A stretch of DNA of 64,000 bases from an uncultured bacterium (GCA_949297275.1 CASFQR010000001.1:93-64092), one strand, 5' to 3'; positions 54,262 to 63,921 are shown, numbered from the stretch's first letter. The notes: generated from the letters alone by a model not told the origin. Made by a program: numbers and translations.

Positions 54262-57200
54262 TATAATTTAATTTTCTTTTCAAATAAGCCTGTAGCTGAC
54301 TGTTTTAATAAATATACTTCTGGTTGATTTAAAATGTTGTTTTTACTTTTGGTATATTTACAATGAACCCTGTTCAAAGCATTTATAGTTTCAACTATAG
54401 CATGCGCTTGTTCATATAAAGAAAAATTTGAATAATTTTCATCTAGCAAATTTTTAAAGAATTTTGCAATCATTTTCTTTCTTGCGATTCTGAAAAATTT
54501 AGGACTATTCATTGTTGAAATTAAATTATCTCTAAGCAACTTGTTGTCTTTTTTAGAAATGACTATTTTGTTTTTATGTTCTTTGTCAGTAAAGTAATAA
54601 TACTCTTCAAGAGTCGAATCTAATTTACTTAAAACATCAATGTTTTTGAGAATTATTTTTAAATAGGAAAGGCAGTTGGAATTTAAAAATACTTGTTCAA
54701 AACTCGTTAAAGTCACGACGTCGGCGTTGAAATTAGTTAATAAATATCTATATCCACCGATTTCAATTGTAGATTTACTATTTATTGCTAACTCGTTATT
54801 TAATTTTGCGCCTTTTTCGTTTATATACTCTTTTAAAAGTTCTATATAATGATTATGCTTTTTATATTTTGAATCAAACATAATCGGAACATCAATCAAT
54901 TCCTTATCACCTTCGCTATTAGTGCCAATTACAAAATAGGCTGGTGCAAGATTAGAATAGCCACCATATTTATCCGTCCTAGCATATACCTTACTCTTGG
55001 TGTGCACAGGAATTAACGCTGCCGTTCCGCTTTTACTTGGATTTGCAACTATGTTTTGATTATAGAACGCGCCATCATTATATTGCTCGCGCATAGTGAT
55101 GAGCATATCTTGCCCTTCACATATTGTTTTAATCTTATCAATTGGCCTCTTAGAGTTATCTTTCTTATCGGATGGCCAATATTTTAATTTGTTTTCTAAT
55201 ACTGTTTCTGGGTTATATGTTTCTTTTTCGCCATTATTATTAGAAACGCTTTTTTTCGAGCGTAAATAAAATTTCTTTGTATAATATTGATTTAAAATAT
55301 TCCCCACTACAATATTTAAATATGCATCTACTGCATGATGTGTATCATTAAGTTCTCGCACTTTTACAATACCAAATCTATTTCTAACAAAAGAGACGTT
55401 TTCTGCTTTGTTAAAAATAATTTCAGCGTTTGGATAAGCAATTTTTAAAACGTTCGCTAAAAGAATGTTCGAGTGATTGACAACATTAACTTGACGATTA
55501 ATAAAGACATTCAGTTCGTCTTCGGTTAATTCCGTTTTTCTAATAAGGCGACTATATTTTTCTTCACTAATGGCGTTGATACTTCTCAGCCGTTTCCACA
55601 ATTGATATTGCTTTATTTGAATGTCTTGAGGCAATGGATAAATGTCTTTTTTGACTTTTTGATTTTCATATCTTTCTACTAAGACCAAGTTATCCAAGGA
55701 ATCATCCTTAATCTTGCTTTGAGGAATAATATGATCAATATCGTAGGTTTCTCCACTAATCACTTTATCGATGTCGATTTTTTTACCAGTATATAAATCA
55801 TAAGATAGTTGTTTAAAGTAAAGGTAAATGGCTTTGCCTTTTACATCTAATTTATGATTAACAAGTTCATCGTTTAATTCCTTCAATTCACTTAACGGAA
55901 AACCGCTCTTTTTATTACTCTTAAGACCATTAATAAATTTTTTCAATTCCTCATAACGCGGATCGCTCTTTTTACCCTTCTTTTCCTTTTTAGGATTTTC
56001 TCTAGTAGTTTCAATCGAAATTGTCTTAGGAGTAGATTTAGTAATTTTATTAATTTCAGAGATTATTTTAAGTGCCTGGATGGCTGGCCTACGCATCATA
56101 GGCGGTGCTTCTTGAATCAATTCATCGATGCGTTGATGCTTAGTTGCTTCACCATAAGATTTTTCATTTTCTTCCCGAATAATATCTAAGAAATTAAAAT
56201 GTTTGTCATTTAATATTTCTTGAAAATTTAAAGTTGTTTCATATAGTAAATCGATAATTGATTGCTTAACTTCGCCGGTGTTATCATTAAACCATTTTTC
56301 CGTTAATAATTTTTTGGATAAAGTTCCCCATTTTGAAGTATTTATTCTTTTAATAGCTTTAATTTGTTCATCGTTTAAATCATATTTGCTGGTGACTATT
56401 TCAACACCTTCTAATTTGTTATCAGCAAAAATAGTCAAAATTTTAATAATATCTTCAACTTTTTCTAATTGCTTCTTATCCTTTAAATTAAAGGTTCTGC
56501 CTAGTGTAGCGCGCGTTGAACAATCAAATTTATAGCTTGCATCAACACCGGATATTTCAATTTTATCATTTTTATATACTTCGTTTTTATTTAAATATCT
56601 CTTGATGGCCGAAATTGTTATAGAAGGATTGACACTGATTAAATTTTCAAATAAATCTTTTTTACATTCTTGTAAAATGCGATCACCATTTATTTTAATT
56701 GTATTAAGTATGTTTAACGCTACAAAGTCGCTATATAAAATCGAACTTTTTGGTAAAACAGTCTCATCTCTAAGATAAGTGCAATAATTCGTTAAACTGT
56801 CCATGAATTTGGCTTTAGTTTTAGAAGCATCGATAATTTTGTCTTTGTTCCAAGGCAATATTTTTTCGTCTTCAAATCCTTCATTTCTTACAACGTTGGT
56901 ATATTTTGAATCTTTCCATAATGGTCCTTCATAAAATTTTAATTTATAAAAGAATATGCTTAATATTTTGTCTTTTTCTTGTTGAATAAACGGAAAATAT
57001 TTACTTGCGTTATTCAAGATTTTTTCGAGCTCGATTTGATGGAATTGATGAGGAAACTCACTACCTTTTACATCAGCGATACGGGCTAAAAAATTACCTT
57101 TTTCGCATCTATGAATAATGTCTTGACCTAATTTATCGCTTTCATCGGGTTTGCCAATAAATTTAATAATGTTTTTGTTTAGGTCTTCTAATTTATTCTT

Positions 57201-58307
57201 GCTTGGATAATGAATAAATAGTTTATATGACGGTAAATCCTCCTTATTGTCGCTAGAATCTTTTTTAGTAGAAAAAATCTCGTTGTAGCTCTCCGGTTTA
57301 TTTGTTTTGATCCAGGTTTGATAATCTAATAAATCTTTTTTATGTTTATCATAAACATCAATCATCGCATCCGATAGATATTTCTTATCGCCCATGATTG
57401 TTTTAATGAAATCACGATCATAAATTGTTTTAGCTAAATCGACGATTGCAATATAATCGCCAAAAATGGTTTGGTAATTAGGATACTTCTCATCATATGC
57501 ACTATCGGAAACTTTAATTTTTTCATTACCTACATCGTCACCAAAGATTTTTTTAAGCGCAAACTCACCACCACTCACTAATGCAGCAAATAAATCACGA
57601 TAATTTGAAAATTCTTCATTATCGAACTCTTTAAATTTTGATTTGATTTGATTTTGCTTTACTTTTTTATATTCGTCTTGTTCTAAAATATTAAATATAT
57701 CTTTAATAAGTTCCTTATCGATTATATTTATTTCATCTTCGGTTTCTAAAATATCATTAAATGCTCTATTTGCGTCTTCAATTAAAGCATCATCAATATT
57801 ATGAAATTCAAATCGTCCTTCATGTAAAAAATTACCACGTTTTTTAATAATATGATGAATGGTTAAATATAAATATCTAATATCTTTAAAGGCACCGGGT
57901 TCATCGTTAATTTGAGCTCTCCTTAAATGGTAAATTGTCGGATATTTTTTATAAAATTCGGATTCTTCTTTTTCATTAGGAAATAAAGGATATTTAATAT
58001 TGGTGGATTTATCGTCTAAATGATAATTCGATTCGCTTAGACGAATAAAAAAGGATGGATCAGTTTTTAGAATCTCTTTTTCAAAGATATATTTATTCAA
58101 TAGATATATGCGGTATCTTTTTCTAGCATTTCTTCTTCTAGCAGATCTAAAAGCGCGCCTTTCTTTCGCGGATGAAGCTTTATCAAATAAACGCGCGCCC
58201 CAAGCGGTTTTGCCATTTAATTCTAAAAGATTAAAATCGTCATCACTAACAGCCCAACCAACAGAATCTGAACCTACATCTAAACCAATATGATAATTTT
58301 TATCCAT
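54261..58307 (-). CDS. cas9: Cas9 (type II-A, 1348 aa)
   Basis: RuvC-I 'YHIGLDVGSDSVGWAV', HNH 'YDIDHIIPQSKIKDDSLDNLVLVERYENQ', RuvC-III 'NDTHHAVDAYLNIVVGN'. All catalytic residues look intact. Confidence 0.95.
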   Translation of the reverse strand: MDKNYHIGLDVGSDSVGWAVSDDDFNLLELNGKTAWGARLFDKASSAKERRAFRSARRRNARKRYRIYLLNKYIFEKEILKTDPSFFIRLSESNYHLDDKSTNIKYPLFPNEKEESEFYKKYPTIYHLRRAQINDEPGAFKDIRYLYLTIHHIIKKRGNFLHEGRFEFHNIDDALIEDANRAFNDILETEDEINIIDKELIKDIFNILEQDEYKKVKQNQIKSKFKEFDNEEFSNYRDLFAALVSGGEFALKKIFGDDVGNEKIKVSDSAYDEKYPNYQTIFGDYIAIVDLAKTIYDRDFIKTIMGDKKYLSDAMIDVYDKHKKDLLDYQTWIKTNKPESYNEIFSTKKDSSDNKEDLPSYKLFIHYPSKNKLEDLNKNIIKFIGKPDESDKLGQDIIHRCEKGNFLARIADVKGSEFPHQFHQIELEKILNNASKYFPFIQQEKDKILSIFFYKLKFYEGPLWKDSKYTNVVRNEGFEDEKILPWNKDKIIDASKTKAKFMDSLTNYCTYLRDETVLPKSSILYSDFVALNILNTIKINGDRILQECKKDLFENLISVNPSITISAIKRYLNKNEVYKNDKIEISGVDASYKFDCSTRATLGRTFNLKDKKQLEKVEDIIKILTIFADNKLEGVEIVTSKYDLNDEQIKAIKRINTSKWGTLSKKLLTEKWFNDNTGEVKQSIIDLLYETTLNFQEILNDKHFNFLDIIREENEKSYGEATKHQRIDELIQEAPPMMRRPAIQALKIISEINKITKSTPKTISIETTRENPKKEKKGKKSDPRYEELKKFINGLKSNKKSGFPLSELKELNDELVNHKLDVKGKAIYLYFKQLSYDLYTGKKIDIDKVISGETYDIDHIIPQSKIKDDSLDNLVLVERYENQKVKKDIYPLPQDIQIKQYQLWKRLRSINAISEEKYSRLIRKTELTEDELNVFINRQVNVVNHSNILLANVLKIAYPNAEIIFNKAENVSFVRNRFGIVKVRELNDTHHAVDAYLNIVVGNILNQYYTKKFYLRSKKSVSNNNGEKETYNPETVLENKLKYWPSDKKDNSKRPIDKIKTICEGQDMLITMREQYNDGAFYNQNIVANPSKSGTAALIPVHTKSKVYARTDKYGGYSNLAPAYFVIGTNSEGDKELIDVPIMFDSKYKKHNHYIELLKEYINEKGAKLNNELAINSKSTIEIGGYRYLLTNFNADVVTLTSFEQVFLNSNCLSYLKIILKNIDVLSKLDSTLEEYYYFTDKEHKNKIVISKKDNKLLRDNLISTMNSPKFFRIARKKMIAKFFKNLLDENYSNFSLYEQAHAIVETINALNRVHCKYTKSKNNILNQPEVYLLKQSATGLFEKKIKL

Positions 58308-58340
58308 ACAAATTTCTCCTTTAATAATGTCAATATAATT

Positions 58341-58440
58341 AAAACAAAAAAACTCTCATAAATCGAGAGTATTTTTACCTATCAAAGAGGTCTTGAAGCT
58401 CAATGCTTATTTAGACTGTGATGTTATCCTCAAATAATTA
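58341..58440 (-). ncRNA. tracrRNA
   Basis: Minus strand: UUGAGGAUAACAUCAC (58433-58418) is a perfect complement of crRNA repeat nt 9-24. AGUCUAAAUAAGC follows and pairs with repeat nt 1-6 across a bulge, as in SpCas9 sgRNA. Three 3' hairpins follow: AAGC-AUUGA-GCUU, ACCU-CUUUGAU-AGGU, and the terminator ACUCUC-GAUUUAU-GAGAGU plus a U7 run (58370-58345). A possible extended -10 box TGTGATAAT lies at 58445-58437. The 5' end is uncertain. Confidence 0.8.
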
Positions 58441-58707
58441 TCACATTGTTATTTTTTCACATTTTCAAAAAACAATCAATAGCACTTTGTTAATAATAAA
58501 ATATCATCCAGCTTTATTTTTACATTAAAGATAGCGACTCAGCGTTTTCACTAACATTTTAGCAAAAGAAGATAAAGATAATAAAAGTATCGATTTTTCA
58601 AATAGTCTTTGCTTTGATTTTTCTGTTCGATGTTAAACGCTTGAAGCCTTTACTCATCAACTAAAACTTCTTAAATTATAAAAAGTCCATCTTGCAAAAG
58701 ACAATAG

Positions 58708-61170
58708 ATGTGCTTAACTATATTTAATATGATTAAAGGATATTTGAGTCCTTCAGTAACTAAACTTGAAAAGGACAACCGCCAACTTGCCCTTAAGGCG
58801 GCTATTGAGGGTATTGTTTTACTAGAAAATAAGAGTGATTGTTTACCAATCAAAGAGAAAAAAATAGCTCTTTTTGGAGCGGGCGCAAAACACGCTACTA
58901 AGGGAGGTACTGGATCAGGTGAAGTAAATAATCGCAATAACATTTCTATTTATGATGCCTTTCTTTCTCTTGGCTATCAAATTACCTCAACTAGATGGTT
59001 GAATGATTATGAACAGTATCGAAAAAAGGCGCGAAAAGAATTTATCAATCGATGTAAAGAAGCGATAAAAAAAGAACCTCTTCATGATGAAAATGCTTGC
59101 TATTGGGCTCTTGATCCTATCAAAGAAAGCTTCCCAGTTGGAAGAAAAATTACTGAACAAGATTTTGAAGAATCCCAAACTAATACGGCAATTTATGTCG
59201 TGACTAGACAAGCTGGTGAAGGACATGATCGCCTCTATGAAGAGGGTGATTATTTCTTGACGAAAGTGGAAAAAGAAAATATCGCCTTTATTGCTAACCA
59301 CTACCAAAATAGCATTCTTGTCATCAACTCTGGGTCCTCTTGCGATCTTTCTTTCCTCTCTTCATTATCGCTTAAAGCGGTCGTTTTTATGGCTCAGGCG
59401 GGAGAAGAAGGTGGAACGGCGCTTGCCCTTTTATTAACGGGCAAAAGAAATTTTTCCGGTAAATTATCCGCCACATGGTATGAAGACTTAAAGGCTCATC
59501 CTTTGAGTACTTCTTTCTCTTCTTTAGATGGTCAAATCGATTATGAAGAATACAAAGAAGGGATATATGTAGGATACCGCTACATCGATGCCTTTAAAGT
59601 TCAAGCTCGTTATCCTTTTGGTTATGGTCTTTCATATACTAATTTTAGTTTTATAGGAAAGGCAGTTTTAAAAGATAGCGTTATTGAAATCCAAGCAAAA
59701 GTGAAAAACATTGGGGAAAAAGATGGTGCGGAAATCTTGCAAGCTTATCTCCATTTTCCTAGTGGAAAAGTAAAAAGAGAAGTAAAAGCCTTAACAAGTT
59801 TTGCGCGAACAAAAGAACTTGCCCCAGGTGAAGAAACAATTCTTACTCTAACTTTTGATTTACAAGATTGGGGTTTTTATGATGAAAAAACTTCTTCTTA
59901 CATTTTAGGAAGTGGTCTATATCTCGTTTCGCTTGGCGATTCTAGTCTATCACCCACTCCGCTTTTGGGCGTTAAAATTGTAAAAGATATCGTAACAGAA
60001 ATTTCTACTCCAATTTGTCCTCTAAAAAAAGATTTTATAGAATTAGAGCCTTCTAAGTGTGACCCCATCACTTATGAAGGGGAAATCGTTACCCTTAATC
60101 TAGAAAGCATCAAAACTATTAAACATCACTACACCAAGAAAGAAAAAATTCATCCGCTTGCATCAAAAATGAATGAAGATGAACTCGCTCATTTAGTCAA
60201 CGGTTTAGAAGGCTTTAATGATAACGAAGCCCCTTATGTTCCGCCAGGATGCGCGGGTAAAACAAATCCCTATCCTTCAACAAAATATAATATTCCCACC
60301 TTGGCGATGGCTGATGGGCCGGCCGGGTTAAGACTAATACCGGAGTTCCGAAGCGATGGAAAAAGTAAAGCCAAAGGGTTCATTACTAGTGATAAATTAG
60401 CTTTAGCAAGTCGTTACTATGCTTTAAAACTCAATCTCCGACAAATTTCGCTTAAGAAAAAACATTACCAATACGCGACTGCTTTCCCAGTAGGCATTCT
60501 CCTTGCTCAAACCTTCGATCAAGACTTACTTGAAGATATTGGACGAGCAGTCAGCGATGAAATGGATGCTTTTGCTATCGATATATGGTTAGCGCCTGGT
60601 ATGAACATTATGCGTTTTCCTCTATGTGGACGAAATTTCGAATATTTCTCAGAAGATCCTTTGTTGAGTGGTAAAATGGCTGCCGCTATAAGTCGAGGAG
60701 TAGCAATGAATAACCGCCACACTGTAACTTTCAAACATTTCGCGTGTAATAATCAAGAAGACAATCGAATGAAAAACGATTCTTTAGTCAAAGAAAGAGC
60801 GCTTCGAGAAATTTACTTAAAAGGTTTTAAAATCGCCATCAAAGAAGGTAAAGGCGATTGCGTGATGACATCATACAACAAAATTAATGGGGTTTACACG
60901 AATAGTTCTTATGATTTAGTAACAAAAGTTCTCCGTGATGAATGGGGTTTTGATGGCTTTGTGATGACTGACTGGGGAAGTGTTGCTCCTAGTCAAGCTA
61001 TCGGATATGAAAGCATTAAAGCTGGAAATGATATCATTATGACGGGCAAAGATAAAGAGGCGACAAATCTATTAATTGCTTTAAAGGAAAAGAACCTAAC
61101 TAAAGAAGATCTTGTTTATTCTGCTTCTAGGATTATTAAAGTTGCTCTTAAACTTCATAATAAGGAATAA
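58708..61170 (+). CDS. GH3 beta-glucosidase/beta-xylosidase-family glycosidase with permuted domain order
   Basis: C-terminal part: 'KHFACNNQEDNR', 'VMTSYNKINGVY', 'GFVMTDWG' (catalytic (beta/alpha)8 domain). N-terminal part: 'IALFGAGA...GTGSGEV', 'RQAGEGHDR', 'AGEEGGTALALLLTGKRNFSGKLSATW' (alpha/beta sandwich). 'ARYPFGYGLSYTNFSF' and an FnIII-like domain follow. The likely start is ATG at 58729. Confidence 0.85.
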   Translation: MCLTIFNMIKGYLSPSVTKLEKDNRQLALKAAIEGIVLLENKSDCLPIKEKKIALFGAGAKHATKGGTGSGEVNNRNNISIYDAFLSLGYQITSTRWLNDYEQYRKKARKEFINRCKEAIKKEPLHDENACYWALDPIKESFPVGRKITEQDFEESQTNTAIYVVTRQAGEGHDRLYEEGDYFLTKVEKENIAFIANHYQNSILVINSGSSCDLSFLSSLSLKAVVFMAQAGEEGGTALALLLTGKRNFSGKLSATWYEDLKAHPLSTSFSSLDGQIDYEEYKEGIYVGYRYIDAFKVQARYPFGYGLSYTNFSFIGKAVLKDSVIEIQAKVKNIGEKDGAEILQAYLHFPSGKVKREVKALTSFARTKELAPGEETILTLTFDLQDWGFYDEKTSSYILGSGLYLVSLGDSSLSPTPLLGVKIVKDIVTEISTPICPLKKDFIELEPSKCDPITYEGEIVTLNLESIKTIKHHYTKKEKIHPLASKMNEDELAHLVNGLEGFNDNEAPYVPPGCAGKTNPYPSTKYNIPTLAMADGPAGLRLIPEFRSDGKSKAKGFITSDKLALASRYYALKLNLRQISLKKKHYQYATAFPVGILLAQTFDQDLLEDIGRAVSDEMDAFAIDIWLAPGMNIMRFPLCGRNFEYFSEDPLLSGKMAAAISRGVAMNNRHTVTFKHFACNNQEDNRMKNDSLVKERALREIYLKGFKIAIKEGKGDCVMTSYNKINGVYTNSSYDLVTKVLRDEWGFDGFVMTDWGSVAPSQAIGYESIKAGNDIIMTGKDKEATNLLIALKEKNLTKEDLVYSASRIIKVALKLHNKE

Positions 61171-61201
61171 AAACAAGAATTTTATCTGCGTTATATAGTT
61201 T

Positions 61202-62010
61202 TTGTTCATTAAAATTTATCTACCACTTTTGCTGATTGTAAAACAAAGAGGGTTTGATAAACAAATTTATTGTGCTTCTGGTTATTATGATAAGAATCAA
61301 ATTCATATCTACGAATTTAATGAAACTAAAATAGTTAATCCTAAATCTAGTTATCTAAAAGATTATGATGGTTACAGCGTCTATGACGATTATGCTGGAT
61401 ATGATAAATTAAGAAAAGAAAAACCTAATATATCTTTATAGAGGTGCTTGGCACATGTGAGAAGAAAATACATGGATATTCTTAAAACAATGCCTAGTAA
61501 GAATCGTTTATCATCTCTTTCTTATAAAATTGTCGATAAAATTAATAAGTTATTCGTATTAGAAGATAAGGCACACAAAAATAAATTATTCGGTAATGAA
61601 CTTATCTCTTTTAGACAAGAAGAAGAAGAAGAATTGCCTCTAATTAATGATATTCATGATTTAGTTTTTAATAACACACCTAAAAAGGAAGTGCTTTGGA
61701 AAATGCACTTAATTATACAAAGAAAGTACGGAATGATTTACTCCCTTATTTAGATGAACCATATCTAGAACTAACAAATAATTTAGCTGAAAGATGTGTT
61801 AAACCATTCGTCATAAATAGAAAAGTATTTCATCCTTCAGGAAGTGAAATAGGAGCAATTTACACTGTTAAATTATTTTCTCTTATTAGAACTGCAATTA
61901 GTAATGGTCTAGATCCATATCGATACTTAAAATATGTTCTTACAAATATAAAAACTAAACCAATAGATGAATTATTACCTTATTCGAAAGATATTGGAAA
62001 ATTAATTTAA
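61202..62010 (+). pseudogene. Degraded IS66-family transposase (5'-truncated, in-frame stop plus frameshift)
   Basis: Three consecutive ORF fragments carry IS66 blocks: 'YLKDYDGYSVYDDYAGYDKL', then TAG, then 'CLAHVRRKYMD'. A frame change leads to 'LTNNLAERCVKPFVINRKVF..GSEIGAIYTVKLFSLIRTAISNGLDPYRYLKYVL'. Only about the C-terminal half of a full transposase is present, and no inverted repeats were recognised. Confidence 0.8.
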
Positions 62011-62022
62011 ACTTCGTGATTT

Positions 62023-62047
62023 TCCGTGATGGGAGATTTGAACTCGC
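62023..62047 (-). other. tRNA 3'-end fragment (T-arm + acceptor 3' strand), possible att-site remnant
   Basis: The minus strand reads GCGAG-TTCAAAT-CTCCC-ATCACGG-A, which gives a canonical T-loop TTCAAAT, a T-stem with 4 of 5 pairs, a 7-nt acceptor strand and a discriminator. No D-arm or anticodon arm lies upstream and no CCA follows. Confidence 0.35.
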
Positions 62048-62260
62048 AATATAAGATTAAGGTTTTTAATATTGATTTTTTATCATCAAGTATAATTTGA
62101 TTTTTAATAGGTGTTAATTAACGACGTTACTATTTTAAAGCAAAAGACAAATTACCAACATAGAAGAAAAAACGTCTAAGACTTTATTGCTCGCACACTA
62201 CGCTTTTGATACATTGCCCACTATAAAAACAGAAACAATTTTTTATCATGGATGCAGCCT

Positions 62261-63643
62261 TTAAAGATTCTCAATTAATGTTGGAGACAAATAAATTGGC
62301 TTTATTTCAATCATTTTGTCATTGGCAATATCTTTTTGAGAAAATAAAATTCTCCTTGAGATTATATGAGAGTATTTTTCAATAAATAAATTTAATGATT
62401 TATGATTCTTAATGTTTCCTGATTTTACCTCAATAGGAACGATTTTATTTTTGCTACTTATTAAAAAGTCGATTTCGTAAGGATGTTTATCATTTTTTTC
62501 ATACCAATAATGATAAAATAAATCCCTTCCATTAGATTTTATTATTTGCGCTAAAGCGTTTTCATATAAATACCCTAAATTAGCTTCTAATTTATCGCTT
62601 AACAATTTATTATAAATATTGCCGTCGATAAAAGTTTTATCATTGAAAAGCATCGTGGTAAATAATCCTATATCGCTTAAATACAATTTAAAATGACTTA
62701 AATCTTTGGTTAAATTAAGTGCGACGCTTGGATCAGTTACGTTATAACAAATTAATACTGTTTTTGAATCAATTAAATCAAAAAGCAATTCTAAATCTTT
62801 ATTAGTGGGTCTTTTATTTACTGCTCTGCTTAATAAAAATTTTGTATTTTTTAAAGCTAATTGACTCGGAATTGATTTGTAAATCATCGATATTCTTCCG
62901 CTATTATCAATCTTTCTAAAATCAGCTTCATATAATTGAATAATTTCTCTTTTAACGGCATCAATTTCGATAAATGTTTTTTTGTTTAAAAACGCTTCTA
63001 TCGACTGCGGCATCCCTCCAACAGCCATATAAAGTCTAAAATCTCTCATAAGTTTTCTATTAACTGCATTTCCTAATGGCTTATTGGACTTTAAAATTTT
63101 TTCAAATATCGAATAGTCTATATTACAAGCCCAGCAAAATTCTTCATAATCTAATGGATAAACATCAATCTTCATTTCCTCCGAGGGGATTAAAATATCT
63201 TTGACATTTTTCTTTATACTTATTAATGATCCAGTTTCAATATAGTCATAACGCCCATCTTTAACCAAATACTTTATCGCTTGTCTAGCTTTTGGGCAAA
63301 ATTGTATTTCATCAAAAATAATTGCAGATTCTCTTTTGTATAGTTTTATCGAAGTTAATGACTGCAACCTTAAAAAGAAAAAATCTAAATCAGACAAATC
63401 ATCGAATAAATCAATAATGCTTTTAGAGGTATTAGAAAAATCTATCAAAATATAGGATTTATAATTTTCTTTTGCAAAATTTGTGGCAAGAGTTGTCTTT
63501 CCAACACGACGAGCCCCTTCTAATAAAATTGCATATTTTCCGTCATAAGTTTCTTTCCATTTTTTCAGTTTGTCAGCAACTTTTCTTTTAAACATATAGC
63601 ATTTCCTCACAAATATTATAAGGAATAAATGTCGTTTCCTCAA
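62261..63643 (-). CDS. AAA_14 / DUF4143-family ATPase (second paralogue)
   Basis: Has 'LLEGARRVGKTTLA' (Walker A), 'IIFDEIQ' (Walker B) and 'VPIEVKSG' near the C-terminus. The likely true start is the Met of 'MFKRKVADKL' at 63595. Confidence 0.75.
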   Translation of the reverse strand: MRKRHLFLIIFVRKCYMFKRKVADKLKKWKETYDGKYAILLEGARRVGKTTLATNFAKENYKSYILIDFSNTSKSIIDLFDDLSDLDFFFLRLQSLTSIKLYKRESAIIFDEIQFCPKARQAIKYLVKDGRYDYIETGSLISIKKNVKDILIPSEEMKIDVYPLDYEEFCWACNIDYSIFEKILKSNKPLGNAVNRKLMRDFRLYMAVGGMPQSIEAFLNKKTFIEIDAVKREIIQLYEADFRKIDNSGRISMIYKSIPSQLALKNTKFLLSRAVNKRPTNKDLELLFDLIDSKTVLICYNVTDPSVALNLTKDLSHFKLYLSDIGLFTTMLFNDKTFIDGNIYNKLLSDKLEANLGYLYENALAQIIKSNGRDLFYHYWYEKNDKHPYEIDFLISSKNKIVPIEVKSGNIKNHKSLNLFIEKYSHIISRRILFSQKDIANDKMIEIKPIYLSPTLIENL

Positions 63644-63681
63644 CTATTATTTTCTTTAAAATTGCAACTTCCTCAAAATTT

Positions 63682-63921
63682 TTAATATAATTGTTCACAA
63701 AGATTCCTGCTCTTTGGTTTTTCGATTATGACGCTTTTAACGGAATCCCCAGAAACAATGCTGGCTACCTTACTTGCATCACCTATTACATCTTTTACTT
63801 TTGTTTCTGGTGATACTTTCTTATCATCTTTTACTTTTGTTTCTGGTGATACTTTCTTATAGGTAACTACTCTACTCTTAGGAGACGTGTTAGAAACACC
63901 GATGGTTAATTTGTGTTTCAT
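63682..63921 (-). CDS. Small hypothetical protein containing a duplicated 12-aa unit
   Basis: 79 aa, with AGGAGG 8 nt upstream of the ATG. It contains 'KKVSPETKVKDD KKVSPETKVKDV'. No family was recognised. Confidence 0.3.
   Translation of the reverse strand: MKHKLTIGVSNTSPKSRVVTYKKVSPETKVKDDKKVSPETKVKDVIGDASKVASIVSGDSVKSVIIEKPKSRNLCEQLY
63789..63860. repeat. Perfect 36-bp tandem duplication inside the small ORF
   Basis: CATCTTTTACTTTTGTTTCTGGTGATACTTTCTTAT occurs at 63789-63824 and again at 63825-63860. Confidence 0.9.

Noticed and set aside
58671-58943. Minus-strand 90-aa ORF overlapping the 5' end of the GH3 gene
   Set aside because: It is antisense to a well-supported GH3 ORF. Its composition is low-complexity, rich in Pro, Ser and Leu, and it has no RBS.
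61202-62010. Calling the three IS66-like ORFs an active insertion sequence
   Set aside because: The N-terminal half of the transposase and the accessory TnpA/TnpB genes are absent. The reading frame is broken by a stop and a frameshift, and I could not find terminal inverted repeats. I annotated it as a pseudogene or remnant.
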